From contig JAAXWF010000003.1 in the NCBI GenBank assembly GCA_013335095.1, positions 69,960 through 133,959 of the forward strand: a DNA stretch of 64,000 nt, written 5' to 3'. Source of the stretch: a candidate division WWE3 bacterium (GTDB taxonomy: Bacteria > Patescibacteriota > 4484-211 > GCA-002791395). This document shows, one piece after another, positions 1 to 9,416 of this stretch. A program made the translations under genes and the position numbers. Under the pieces are notes generated by a model. The model made no database searches. It was not told the origin of the DNA and saw nothing but the letters and a program-made list of their open reading frames with translations. How positions within the stretch are numbered: the stretch's first letter is position 1; every line of letters starts with the position of its first letter.

Positions 1-882
1 TTGCCCGAAATTCTATGGCATTTAGATGAGCCGTTAGCTGACCCGGCCGCTGTTCCGGTATTTTTCTTAAGTCAACTTGCTCGAAAAGACGTCACCGTTG
101 TATTAACTGGTGAAGGTGGAGATGAATTATTTGCAGGTTACAAAGAAGATTTTCAATATCCATTAGGTTCATTATTAAAGCCAATGCCGGGAGCTACCCG
201 CAGTGCGCTGGCTATCGCGTTTGCCGAACTACCAATTCAGAGAGGAAAGGCGCGTGGATATCGAAGCTTATTGAGTGAAAAACAACGCGCCGAACATATA
301 CTCACCGATGTTTTCCGATTTCAGCAGCCACCGATCTTACCCCATTCAGCTCCAGACGCATCAGATGAATTTAGTACGTATTCATTTGATTCATTTTGGA
401 ATAAAGCAAATGGTTTATCTTGGCTCGACAAAATGATGTATCTAGAAACTAGTATCTGGTTAAGTGGTGATCCATTAATGAAGGTAGATAAAATGACCAT
501 GGCGCAATCACTCGAGGCGCGGGTTCCGTTATTAGATATGGAAGTTGTCGAGCTTGCGTTTCAGATCCCCTCAGACTATAAAAATCCCCAGGGAGTCGAG
601 AAATACTTACTACGCCAAGCGTTTAAGGATATCTTACCGACAGATATTTTTGAACGTAAAAAGTCGGCATTTGAATTACCTCTCAAATCATGGCTGGCAC
701 ATGAATTAAAAGACATGGTTAATGAACATCTTTCAATTGATCGGCTCAATGCGTCGCCTTATTTGGATGCAACAATGGCGCGCAAAGTCGTAGACGATCA
801 TCAACAAGATCGTAAAAATTATGCATACGAAGTCTGGGCATTACTGTGCTTTCAATTATGGTATCAGCGATGGATGACATAA
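1..882 (+). CDS. asnB: asparagine synthase (glutamine-hydrolysing), C-terminal synthetase-domain fragment; 5' end lies outside window
   Basis: Translation has the AsnB C-terminal signature (HLDEPLADPAAVP...LTGEGGDELFAGY). Frame is open from position 1, so this is the partial C-terminal half. Confidence 0.75.
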   Translation: MPEILWHLDEPLADPAAVPVFFLSQLARKDVTVVLTGEGGDELFAGYKEDFQYPLGSLLKPMPGATRSALAIAFAELPIQRGKARGYRSLLSEKQRAEHILTDVFRFQQPPILPHSAPDASDEFSTYSFDSFWNKANGLSWLDKMMYLETSIWLSGDPLMKVDKMTMAQSLEARVPLLDMEVVELAFQIPSDYKNPQGVEKYLLRQAFKDILPTDIFERKKSAFELPLKSWLAHELKDMVNEHLSIDRLNASPYLDATMARKVVDDHQQDRKNYAYEVWALLCFQLWYQRWMT

Positions 883-886
883 TATT

Positions 887-2041
887 ATGCGAACGCTCGT
901 TTTTGGCCACGCCTATTCAGCTGCCTATAACCGAATCGACAAATTGAGCCGTTTAGCATCCGATAAACGAGTCCAGCGGCTTGGTGTTGTTATCCCATCA
1001 CCTTGGCATGATCGGATGATGGATACCCCACGTAACTTTTCTCGAGTTTCGGTTGATGATTTATATGATGTCTTTACCATTAAACCGCTCTTTACAGGAT
1101 CACAATCTAAATATTTATTTATGCCCAATGCGATTGCCCATGCGATTGAGTCGTTTAATCCGGATGTGATACATGTAGAACAAGAGCCCCACGACCTCAT
1201 TACCGCAGAGATTATTTGGATGAATCTGCAAGTTCATCGGCGTCCAATTGTTGTGTTTACCTGGGAGAATATACAACGACCGATGTCGATATTTAATAAA
1301 CGTGCTTGTAATGTCGTATTGAAACATGTCGACCATATTATTGCCGGGAATCGTGCTGCGGTCTCATTGAATGAATCGTATGGGTACAAGGGCAAAGCTT
1401 CGGTTCTCCCCCAATTTGGTGTCGATACAAATCGTTTCAGAAAAATTGACGTGAATAGTCTAAAAGAATCGCTTGGATTGCGCGATCGATTTATCGTTGG
1501 ATTTGTTGGACGATATACAAGTGAAAAGGGGATTGGGACATTAATTGAAGCCGTGAAAAAACTTGCTGCCGATTCGGATATTCCGCGTTTTACTCTGTTA
1601 TTGATGAGCTCTATGCAGCCACCAAAATGGATTACCGAAATATCTAATGATTTAAAAGATTACATTCGATTTGTTTCGTCGATACCACACGAAGAATTTC
1701 CTCGGTATATGAACCTTTTTGATGTTCTGGTGTTACCATCTGAATCTCAGATAGAGTGGCAAGAGCAGTTCGGACGAGTTCTTATCGAAGCCATGGCATG
1801 TGAGGTTCCTACCATCGGCTCATCAAGCGGTGCAATTCCCGAAGTTATCGGTGATCATGGATGGATCTTTCCAGAAAAAAATTCGTTAGCGTTATCTGAT
1901 ACTCTTAAGCAAGTAATGTTAAACCCATCTCAATTAAACGAAAAAAGACATGAAGTCCGAGAATACGTTACGAATAATTTTACCCATGAGGTCGTTTGCG
2001 ATCAGACGATTAAGATTTGGGAGGAATGTATAAACAAATGA
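887..2041 (+). CDS. glycosyltransferase family 1 (GT4-type)
   Basis: C-terminal GT-B motif FGRVLIEAMACEVPTIGSSSGAIPEVI (the E-X7-E region typical of GT4). Confidence 0.75.
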   Translation: MRTLVFGHAYSAAYNRIDKLSRLASDKRVQRLGVVIPSPWHDRMMDTPRNFSRVSVDDLYDVFTIKPLFTGSQSKYLFMPNAIAHAIESFNPDVIHVEQEPHDLITAEIIWMNLQVHRRPIVVFTWENIQRPMSIFNKRACNVVLKHVDHIIAGNRAAVSLNESYGYKGKASVLPQFGVDTNRFRKIDVNSLKESLGLRDRFIVGFVGRYTSEKGIGTLIEAVKKLAADSDIPRFTLLLMSSMQPPKWITEISNDLKDYIRFVSSIPHEEFPRYMNLFDVLVLPSESQIEWQEQFGRVLIEAMACEVPTIGSSSGAIPEVIGDHGWIFPEKNSLALSDTLKQVMLNPSQLNEKRHEVREYVTNNFTHEVVCDQTIKIWEECINK

Positions 2042-3141
2042 GAATTTTATATGTTGATCATGCGCCGTACGAAGGGGGAGCCGAAGTCTCGCTCAAACAT
2101 CTTATTGTGCATTTAGATAAAAAGAAGTATCAGGCCATCATCGCTGCTCCCAAAGGTGCGGTGTACTCTGAGCCACTTATTACACATAACGTTCCCTACA
2201 TTCCAATTTCGTTTCATTGGTTGCACTATCATTTGCTTTATCCGATTGTATTGGATGTTATAAATCTGTTGATAATTATTAGAAAGGTTCGTCCAAATAT
2301 AGTGCACTTAAATACGCGGGTAACTAATGTACTAGGAGGAATATTAATTCAATTAAGACCTTTTTTGCCTTTTCTCCAATCAATCCGATTCATCCATCAT
2401 GTTCGAGATAAAGATCCTTTGCCTCAATGGAAATTTAATCTTATCGGTAAAGCCGATTGGCTTATTGCAAATTCTTCTCAAGTTAAAGAGTTTTTAGTTG
2501 AAGGTGGTATCGATGAATCCAAGATTTCTGTGATTTATAACGGTGTCGATCTATCAATTTTCAATCCAGTTAGATTCCCGTGTACCGAAGAATCATTTCC
2601 TAAGATTACTTTTATTGGACAACTATATCCACGAAAGGGTGTTCTGTATCTATTGGAAGCGATGAAGCGAATTGTACAAGTATTCCCCAATGTCCGATTA
2701 GAATTAGCGGGGCAGGATCCTACTCCGCATCAGTCGAACCTGCGTCAATACAAACAATTGGCATCCCAGCTTGGAATCGAGCAATCAATCACTTGGTTAG
2801 GGTATCGTGACGATATCGCCCGGGTTTTGTCGTGTACTGATGTCTTTGTGTTGCCTTCTTTAGAGGAGCCGTTTGGAAGAGTTCTTATAGAAGCAATGGC
2901 CCTTAAAATTCCGGTTGTTGCAACTAGGGTTGGTGGTATTCCCGAGATCGTCGTTGATCAACAGACAGGTCTACTCGTGCCACCATCCAATAGTACTGCT
3001 TTAGCTGACGCAATAATCACACTCCTTGCCAATGATTCCGTTCGAGAATCAATGGGACAATCAGGGTATAATCGTGTTTGCTTACATTTTGATTTAGCCC
3101 GGCATGTTGAGTCTGTGCAAAACCTGTATAATCAGTTGTGA
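2038..3141 (+). CDS. glycosyltransferase family 1 (GT4-type)
   Basis: FGRVLIEAMALKIPVVATRVGGIPEIV motif. ATG at 2038 overlaps the upstream stop (ATGA coupling); the ORF-track start at 2017 is less likely. Confidence 0.7.
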   Translation: MRILYVDHAPYEGGAEVSLKHLIVHLDKKKYQAIIAAPKGAVYSEPLITHNVPYIPISFHWLHYHLLYPIVLDVINLLIIIRKVRPNIVHLNTRVTNVLGGILIQLRPFLPFLQSIRFIHHVRDKDPLPQWKFNLIGKADWLIANSSQVKEFLVEGGIDESKISVIYNGVDLSIFNPVRFPCTEESFPKITFIGQLYPRKGVLYLLEAMKRIVQVFPNVRLELAGQDPTPHQSNLRQYKQLASQLGIEQSITWLGYRDDIARVLSCTDVFVLPSLEEPFGRVLIEAMALKIPVVATRVGGIPEIVVDQQTGLLVPPSNSTALADAIITLLANDSVRESMGQSGYNRVCLHFDLARHVESVQNLYNQL

Positions 3142-4622
3142 TGTTTTCACGTATCTGGATAATAACTGCTATTAATCGTTTTCTAGAGCCAGTATTCAAG
3201 CGATTTGACTTAATATTATTAGGTCTGATCATCCTCATACTCATTCTCCCTAAGTTTCCATTTATTCCTGTAGAGGGCATTTATGTTAATATCCGCATCG
3301 AAGATTTTTTGATTGCTTTTGTGTATATTCTCTGGTTGCTCGGCTACCTTGCCGGGCGGTATCGTATCGGATCAATTTATAATAGTCACGTTATTCTCTT
3401 TTTTCTTGGGTATGGGTTATTGATTACCTTATTAGGGTTAGAGGTTTTGGGTACGATTAGTAATACCAAGGTTGCTCTTTTACATTGGCTCCGACGAGTC
3501 GAGTACATGGGGATATTTTTTGTCGCGGCTACTGTTTTAAGAAAAGAGGGTTTAAAAACCTATATATATGCACTGTTAGGTACGGGTGTTTTTACCTGGA
3601 TTTATGGCTTTCTTCAATGGAAGGATTTGGTTCCAGGGGTTCACACATTAAGCAAATCGGGACAAATTGGTACTTTTTCGGAAATTGGGTATGTCATTTC
3701 TACCTTTGGTGCCCATTATGATTTTGCTGCATTTTTAATTCTGATGATGGTCTTGTCGATTTGGGGGTATTATTCGCATACCAGCCGAAAATATAAAGTT
3801 TTATTCGTATTTTTAGCGTTTGCTTTCTGGTGGATGTCTCGTTTAGTGTATGGTCGTTCGGCGTATTTAGGTATGTTGGTTGCGGCTATTTTTATCTTTT
3901 TAGTTAAGCGGAGTGCGTTTGTCCTTATTCCTGGATGGGAAGTTTTTCAAACGTTTAGTCGGTATTTTGGTGGCCGTTTTAGTAAGTATTCGTACGAATT
4001 TAAGTTTAATATTTTGCCTTCGCCAATGCCCGAACCTACTCTTGTTATTCCAACACCTACAGTTTTACCCACTGATGTCGATTCATTAACGCCGACTCCC
4101 ACACCAAGTGGAGCATTTGGTGCCGGTGTTTCTGAGCAGGCAAAAGCCACCCAGACTTGGCTCGATATCCATACCCATGAATGGTCTCAGATGCTACGCC
4201 AGTATTTACTACGTCTCGATGTTAACTTTGATCCATCAGCTAATATTCGTATAACTTTATGGCAAGATGCATTGGCCAAGGTCGGTTATAACTTTTTGTG
4301 GGGTGGTGGATACTCAATTAACGGGATTGGTACCGATGGCGATTATGTTCGTCATATTGTTGAGGTTGGAGTGATTGGTTTGTCGGTTTTTCTGTTAATC
4401 CTTTTTGATTTTATGCGTATTTCTTGGCGTACATATCGTCAGGAAACTGATTTAGCTACTCGTCATTTTCATCTGGCGATGATTGCATTTATTATCGGGC
4501 TTTTAATTGAGGCTCTGTTTATTGATATTTTTGCCGCATCAAAAATAGCCCTTCTATTTTGGTTTCTCATGGGATTTGTTGCCCTCTATGCTCCTAAACC
4601 GTCAGAACAGGTTGCCAGGTAA
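3138..4622 (+). CDS. polytopic membrane protein, O-antigen ligase / Wzy-like polymerase family, with an internal Pro/Thr-rich linker
   Basis: About 10 predicted TM helices and a periplasmic loop with a PTPTVLPTDVDSLTPTPTPS low-complexity linker. Lies within a GT cluster. Confidence 0.45.
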   Translation: MMFSRIWIITAINRFLEPVFKRFDLILLGLIILILILPKFPFIPVEGIYVNIRIEDFLIAFVYILWLLGYLAGRYRIGSIYNSHVILFFLGYGLLITLLGLEVLGTISNTKVALLHWLRRVEYMGIFFVAATVLRKEGLKTYIYALLGTGVFTWIYGFLQWKDLVPGVHTLSKSGQIGTFSEIGYVISTFGAHYDFAAFLILMMVLSIWGYYSHTSRKYKVLFVFLAFAFWWMSRLVYGRSAYLGMLVAAIFIFLVKRSAFVLIPGWEVFQTFSRYFGGRFSKYSYEFKFNILPSPMPEPTLVIPTPTVLPTDVDSLTPTPTPSGAFGAGVSEQAKATQTWLDIHTHEWSQMLRQYLLRLDVNFDPSANIRITLWQDALAKVGYNFLWGGGYSINGIGTDGDYVRHIVEVGVIGLSVFLLILFDFMRISWRTYRQETDLATRHFHLAMIAFIIGLLIEALFIDIFAASKIALLFWFLMGFVALYAPKPSEQVAR

Positions 4623-4653
4623 CACTATTTCTAATTTTAATAAAAAGTATGAA

Positions 4654-4690
4654 TAAAAAAATGGAGAGCGTCGTTGTGTTGACGCCCTCC
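4654..4690 (-). terminator. rho-independent terminator for the minus-strand gene 4697..5104
   Basis: Hairpin ggagagcgtc/gacgccctcc (4663-4690) directly after the stop. A 7-nt A-run on plus gives the U-run on the minus transcript. Confidence 0.55.
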
Positions 4691-4696
4691 AGCTGC

Positions 4697-5104
4697 TTAG
4701 TTGTCGCGGTTGAGTAGTACCTCAACGGCCCAGATCGGCGGCTCGTTGGAGGGTGATGTATCTGTCATTCGACAGAACAGACACGTACATCCTATGAGGT
4801 GTTTTCCGCGTGGCGGGAGCTGCTCGAGGCGTGCCGGACCGCCGCTTCCGAGCTGTCCGTCGAACACGGGCACAGTACCATCAGGCTTTGAGTAGCCTTC
4901 AGGTACTGCCACCGCCCCTTTTTCGGGGGGGATAAGCGGCGTGGCTTTCACCTTAGCCAGCTGTTCCTGGAAGTTCCAGGGTTTGGGCTGTGGGAAAAAC
5001 CTGTGTTCTGGCAAAAATGCCCACTTAAAAGCGAGCGCCAGGCCTCCGAACGCGATCAGGCCGAGTATGAACCTGATCAGGTCGAACCAAAAAAGTCCGT
5101 CCAA
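4697..5104 (-). CDS. hypothetical membrane-anchored protein (N-terminal TM helix, CxC..C motif); very high GC3 codon usage
   Basis: TTG start at 5104 preceded by strong SD taaggagg. High-GC coding in a low-GC genome. Own terminator downstream. Confidence 0.45.
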   Translation of the reverse strand: MDGLFWFDLIRFILGLIAFGGLALAFKWAFLPEHRFFPQPKPWNFQEQLAKVKATPLIPPEKGAVAVPEGYSKPDGTVPVFDGQLGSGGPARLEQLPPRGKHLIGCTCLFCRMTDTSPSNEPPIWAVEVLLNRDN

Positions 5105-5184
5105 TGTCGGCCTCCTTACGGTTATCCGATATAGCTATATTATACGTTAGTTGAAAAGGTTATTGAGATCTGAGTGGAAATTTA

Positions 5185-5230
5185 GAAAAATAGGGCCGGA
5201 TTTCGTGGTTGTAAACCACGAAACCCGGCC
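5185..5230 (-). terminator. rho-independent terminator of gene 5308..5739 (cassette terminator, copy 1)
   Basis: ggccggatttcgtggtt / aaccacgaaacccggcc stem followed on the minus strand by ctattttt. Confidence 0.6.
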
Positions 5231-5307
5231 GAAGCCGACGACGAACTGATGTGGGCCGTCAAGCGATGTGAACATTGCAGGGTGGTGCAACCCTGCGGGC
5301 TAGGGCG

Positions 5308-5739
5308 TTAGCCGTCAATCCAGACGACGGTCGCCCAACAATTGGCGTACCAGGGGACTCCTAGTAGCCAGCCGTTGCTGAGTGCCTTAGGGCACGCGAC
5401 CGGGTTCCAGCTCCACAGCTGGGTGGTGTTGTAGCTGACATGTCCACACTCTGTGAACTGTCCGTTATAGTAGGCCGTCTCCCATGGCTTGGTCGGGTTA
5501 AAGAAGTTACCCGTCCAGGTGACCTGGGTCGACTGGGCCCCGGGGCAGGCCGAGTAGTGGGCGATGTCCAGCTGCTGATCAGCGGGCTGATCAATCGACG
5601 CCGACATCGGGGCCGAGTTGTCGACCTGCTGGTCGGCCGCGTGGGCCGACTGCGGTGCGAACGAGCCGATCAGGCTGGCGATCACTGCGAGCAGGGTCAC
5701 GAGCTGGGCGAGACGCTTCATGGTGTAGCTGCGCAGCAT
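5308..5739 (-). CDS. small secreted protein, 4 Cys, Trp-rich C-terminus (paralog family member 1)
   Basis: ATG at 5739 with SD aaaggag 6 nt upstream. Sec-type signal peptide MKRLAQLVTLLAVIASLIGSFAPQSAHA. GC3 near saturation. The ORF-track N-terminal extension (TTG at 5862) would bury the signal peptide, so the shorter start is preferred. Confidence 0.6.
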   Translation of the reverse strand: MLRSYTMKRLAQLVTLLAVIASLIGSFAPQSAHAADQQVDNSAPMSASIDQPADQQLDIAHYSACPGAQSTQVTWTGNFFNPTKPWETAYYNGQFTECGHVSYNTTQLWSWNPVACPKALSNGWLLGVPWYANCWATVVWIDG

Positions 5740-5802
5740 ATGCTGCTCCTTTCGTAAAGCTGAAATAAGCTTAGGGGCGTAGTGTGCCCCTCTTCCATAA
5801 AA

Positions 5803-6078
5803 ATCCCGTCCGCTGACTAGCACCATCATCAGGGGGCGGGGTAAAGTTGTTTTGGCTTTCAAAACAACTTAATCCCACCTCCTAACAAAGGGCTAGAAGC
5901 AAGGTAATGCACCAAACTGTCAATGTACAGAATATGAGAATTACTCACATTCATATAATAATGATAGTACTATGGGTTAGGAAAGCAAATGTTTAAGTAT
6001 GAAATTTGTACAATTTATGAAGAAAAATAGGGCCGGATTTCGTGGTTAGACCACGAGATCCGGCCAGTGCCGACGACG
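5803..6078. repeat. ~276-bp noncoding direct repeat, copy 1 (terminator of upstream cassette + AT-rich promoter region + GC-rich leader of downstream cassette)
   Basis: About 95% identical to 6604..6879 by direct comparison of the two stretches. Confidence 0.8.
6022..6065 (-). terminator. rho-independent terminator of gene 6134..6553 (cassette terminator, copy 2)
   Basis: ggccggatttcgtgg / ccacgagatccggcc stem plus U-run on the minus transcript. Confidence 0.6.
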
Positions 6079-6133
6079 TTAGGACGTCAAGCTTTGCGTA
6101 CAGTGCAGGGCGGTGCAACCCTGCCAGGTTAGT

Positions 6134-6553
6134 TTACCACCAGATAGGCTCTTCCCACCAGCAATTGCTCCCCTTCGGGAGCGGTAGCGGGTGACCTTCC
6201 CACCAGCTGGGGCACGGAACGTCATTTGTCCACCACTCTCGGGCCCAGTTTCGGTGACCGCAGTAGATCCAGGTCCGTGTCACTTCGAAGTAGAGGTTGC
6301 TGTTGGCAGCCACGTAGTGACCAGTCCAATGGACTTGCGTTCGTTCCGCAGTTGGGCACTGGGCGTACTTCACCATCTCGTCGCTGGACGAATCCGGCAG
6401 GTCGATGGCAGTACGGCTGATCTGGGTGCTCTTGGCGATCTCGCTATTTGCCGCAGCGGCCTTTTGTGGCGTCGCCAGGCTAATGAGCGTCAGACCGAAG
6501 AGCAAGACGAACAGGGTGGACAGCCTCTTCACGAGGCGCTTGTTGCGCAACAT
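6134..6553 (-). CDS. small secreted protein, 4 Cys, Trp-rich C-terminus (paralog family member 2)
   Basis: SD aaggag 6 nt before the ATG. Signal peptide LSTLFVLLFGLTLISLATPQKAAAA. Shares Y..CP.A..TQV.WTG...CGH...CP...NCW...W with 5308..5739. Confidence 0.6.
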   Translation of the reverse strand: MLRNKRLVKRLSTLFVLLFGLTLISLATPQKAAAANSEIAKSTQISRTAIDLPDSSSDEMVKYAQCPTAERTQVHWTGHYVAANSNLYFEVTRTWIYCGHRNWAREWWTNDVPCPSWWEGHPLPLPKGSNCWWEEPIWW

Positions 6554-6603
6554 TTTGCGCTCCTTCTTAGGTGATTTGGGGCGCTAGAGCCCCGACTTTT
6601 CCT

Positions 6604-6879
6604 ATCCCGTCCGCTGACTAGCACCATCATCAGGGGGCGGGGTAAAGGTGTTTTGGTTTTCAAAACAACTTGATCCCACCTCCTAACAAAGGGCTAGAAG
6701 CAAGGTAATTCACCAAACTGTCAATGTACAGAATATGAGAATTACTCACATTCATATAATAATGATAGTACTATGGGTTAGGAAAGCAAATGTTTGAGTA
6801 TGAAATTTGAACAAAGTGAGAAGAAAAATAGGGCCGGATTTTGTGGTTAGACCACAAAATCCGGCCAGTGCCGACGACG
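6604..6879. repeat. ~276-bp noncoding direct repeat, copy 2
   Basis: See 5803..6078. Confidence 0.8.
6823..6866 (-). terminator. rho-independent terminator of gene 6898..7251 (cassette terminator, copy 3)
   Basis: Perfect stem ggccggattttgtggt / accacaaaatccggcc plus U-run. Confidence 0.6.
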
Positions 6880-6897
6880 GTTAGGCCGTCTGGCCTT

Positions 6898-7251
6898 TTA
6901 CTCGAACCGGTAATACCAGTTATAGTAGATCCCGTCTTGGTAGAGGGATCCTGGGTACTGGTTCCCGGCCAGGTCGAACGTCGGGGGGGTAACCCCGTAG
7001 ACGGGGCCGCTGTGGGCCTTGTGGGGGCCCATCAGCGGGACGGTGATCATAACGCTCGAGCAGTCCGAGCGGATGATTGTACCGATTACGCCACCACTGT
7101 AGAGGTTGATCACGATCTGACAGACCTTTGCCGCCGGGCTGGCGGCGGTGGTCGAGGCCTCGACGTGGGGCGGGTTAACCGCCGTGAAGCCGAGGGACGC
7201 GAGCAGGGCCATGATAATGAGCCAGTGGCTCCAGTGCAGGCGCGGCAACAT
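6898..7251 (-). CDS. small secreted protein (signal peptide, 2 Cys), high GC3
   Basis: SD aaaggagcggcatATG. A cccccatttggggg hairpin sits just upstream of the SD. Hydrophobic N-terminus WLIIMALLASLGFTA. Confidence 0.5.
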   Translation of the reverse strand: MLPRLHWSHWLIIMALLASLGFTAVNPPHVEASTTAASPAAKVCQIVINLYSGGVIGTIIRSDCSSVMITVPLMGPHKAHSGPVYGVTPPTFDLAGNQYPGSLYQDGIYYNWYYRFE

Positions 7252-7491
7252 ATGCCGCTCCTTTCTCCCCCAAATGGGGGTGGTAGGAAGATCCTCCGTG
7301 ACCGGTGTCAGGAGGCATTACTGCTTATTATCCTAATAGTCAGAAATGCCCCCTGAAGAGGTCTTGGATATGTGCCTGGTATGTAAACGTTCGATAGAGG
7401 CATGTAGAACATGCCTATTTCTAGTATAGACCCACTGAGCCTATAGTAAAGTTGATGGGAGATTTAGTTCATTCTTTGTTACAATAGCCAT

Positions 7492-8400
7492 ATGAAGTTG
7501 TCGGTGATCGTTCTTTCATACAATACCCGTGCTCAAACTCGTGATTGTCTGGCATCATTGGTTGGGTTACGTGATGTCTCTATCGGAAAGGATTTTGAAG
7601 TCATCGTTGTTGATAATTTTAGTAGTGACGGTAGTCAGCAAATGATAAAAGATGAATTCCCTCAAGTGACTTTAATCGAACAACGTTCTAATCTCGGATT
7701 TTCTAAAGGTAATAATGTCGGAATCAACTCACTTCATAAGGATAGCCAATATGTTCTGTTTTTGAACCCCGATACAATTGTTCCTTCGGGCACATTAAGC
7801 GAAATGACTAAATTTATGGATGAGAATTTGATGGTAGGTGTGGCTACGTGCAAGGTCCAATTAGCCGATGGGGGTATTGATATGGATTGTCATCGTGGAT
7901 TTCCTCGTCCATGGGTCGCCGCAACTCACTTTGTTGGACTCGATAAGTTATTTCCGAATAATCGGTTAGTATCCGAATATCATTTGGGATGGGAAGATTT
8001 ACAACGTCCTCATGAGATCGGTTCGGCTGTAGGAGCATTTCTTTTTGTCCGTCGTACTATCGGTGATTCAATAAACTGGTTTGATGAAGATTACTTCTTA
8101 AACGGTGAAGATATCGATCTGTGTTACCGAATTCATAAAGCCGGATACTTAGTGATGTATTATCCAAAAGTAACGATTACTCATTTGCGCGGAGTTGCAA
8201 AAGGTACCCGTAAAGAATCAACCCACATAACCAGTGCTGATTATGAACGGAAAAAGATGGTAACTAATGCAACGGTGAATGCAATGCAGCTGTTTTATGA
8301 TAAACACTACCGTAATAAGGATCCAAGATGGAAAAATTTGATCGTTGACGCAGGTATCTTTTTGCTCCGTCAAAAGAGACTGTGGTCTATTCACTCATGA
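7492..8400 (+). CDS. glycosyltransferase family 2
   Basis: N-terminal LSVIVLSYNTRAQTRDCLASL...VIVVDNFSSDGS (GT-A fold, DXD region). Confidence 0.75.
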   Translation: MKLSVIVLSYNTRAQTRDCLASLVGLRDVSIGKDFEVIVVDNFSSDGSQQMIKDEFPQVTLIEQRSNLGFSKGNNVGINSLHKDSQYVLFLNPDTIVPSGTLSEMTKFMDENLMVGVATCKVQLADGGIDMDCHRGFPRPWVAATHFVGLDKLFPNNRLVSEYHLGWEDLQRPHEIGSAVGAFLFVRRTIGDSINWFDEDYFLNGEDIDLCYRIHKAGYLVMYYPKVTITHLRGVAKGTRKESTHITSADYERKKMVTNATVNAMQLFYDKHYRNKDPRWKNLIVDAGIFLLRQKRLWSIHS

Positions 8401-9383
8401 CCCGTTTAATTAGACTTCTCATATTATGTTGTATAAGTATCTTTTTCCTATGGTTGGCGATGAAAGATGTTCATTTAGGTGTTGTTTGGGAATCGTTGAG
8501 CAAGTTCAACAAATTAGGTGTTCTTGGGGCGTTATGTATTTGGATGTGCGGATATATGATCCGGGCGTTCCGTTGGCAAATTTTTTTGAATGCAATTGAT
8601 CATGTGTCATGGCGTAAATCGTTTAACGTCTTGGTTATTGGTTTTATGTCGAATGCATTACTTCCATTACGAGCAGGTGAATTTATTCGAGCATATCTTT
8701 TGAATCAGGTAAATGAAAAAATACCAACCAGTACTGCTTTTGCGACCATTGCCGGTGAGCGGGTATTTGATGGATTGATTGTCGTTGCGCTAACGATTTG
8801 GGGAGCATCGTCACTCCCAGTTCCTGATTGGGCTTCTGCCACCATTCAATTCTCAACGATCTTATTTATTTTCTGTTTTTTTTGTTTTTTGATTGTCGCT
8901 CATTATGCTCGACAATCAATTCAAATTATCAAATCTTTTAGTCGATATTTCCCCAAACGATTAAACCCTCTTATCTATACTTTGAGCGACAAATTTATCG
9001 GCGGTTTAGTGACTCTGACTTCTTGGAAAAACCTGCTGCTGCTACTAGTCCTAAGTATTATTACCTGGTCATTTGAGCTCATTTTTATGTTGCTTTGTGC
9101 CTATAGTTTTCATTTTTCTGTATCATTACATCAAATTGCCTTGCTTACCGGTTTATTAAATCTAGGGGTAATGATCCCGGCTGCACCTGGTGGGGTCGGT
9201 ACTATCGAATTTATCAATGTAGCTGTGTTAACCTTGTTTAGTATTCAAAATTCCGAAGCTTTAGCATATGGCGTTGTTACCCACGCGGCCACAACGATCG
9301 GGATCCTCGGACTGGGCATCTTTGCATTATCCCGTATGCATACAAGCATTGCTCAAATTTGGCAGCGAGTTCGTAATCAATAA
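8397..9383 (+). CDS. flippase-like / lysylphosphatidylglycerol-synthase-TM-family polytopic membrane protein
   Basis: 8 TM helices. Family is typically paired with GT2. ATGA overlap with the upstream gene. Confidence 0.45.
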   Translation: MTRLIRLLILCCISIFFLWLAMKDVHLGVVWESLSKFNKLGVLGALCIWMCGYMIRAFRWQIFLNAIDHVSWRKSFNVLVIGFMSNALLPLRAGEFIRAYLLNQVNEKIPTSTAFATIAGERVFDGLIVVALTIWGASSLPVPDWASATIQFSTILFIFCFFCFLIVAHYARQSIQIIKSFSRYFPKRLNPLIYTLSDKFIGGLVTLTSWKNLLLLLVLSIITWSFELIFMLLCAYSFHFSVSLHQIALLTGLLNLGVMIPAAPGGVGTIEFINVAVLTLFSIQNSEALAYGVVTHAATTIGILGLGIFALSRMHTSIAQIWQRVRNQ

Positions 9384-9416
9384 GTGTTCATATCCGGTGT
9401 GTTTTATAATAGGTAT

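Noticed and set aside
5308-5862. ORF-track version of paralog 1 with a 41-aa N-terminal extension starting at TTG 5862 (strong SD aggaggtggg)
   Set aside because: The extension would place the Sec signal peptide internally. In the second repeat copy the same upstream ORF is out of frame with the downstream gene, so it is more likely a separate leader ORF or spurious. The ATG at 5739 with its own SD is the better start.
5308-6553. Assigning the secreted paralogs to the lactococcin-972 bacteriocin family
   Set aside because: Only superficial resemblance (small, secreted, aromatic C-terminus). No motif-level match that I can support from sequence.
4654-7340. High-GC island as a classical mobile element (IS, integron, prophage)
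   Set aside because: No transposase, integrase, attC-type sites, terminal inverted repeats or flanking tRNA were found. Only the cassette-like promoter/terminator repeats.
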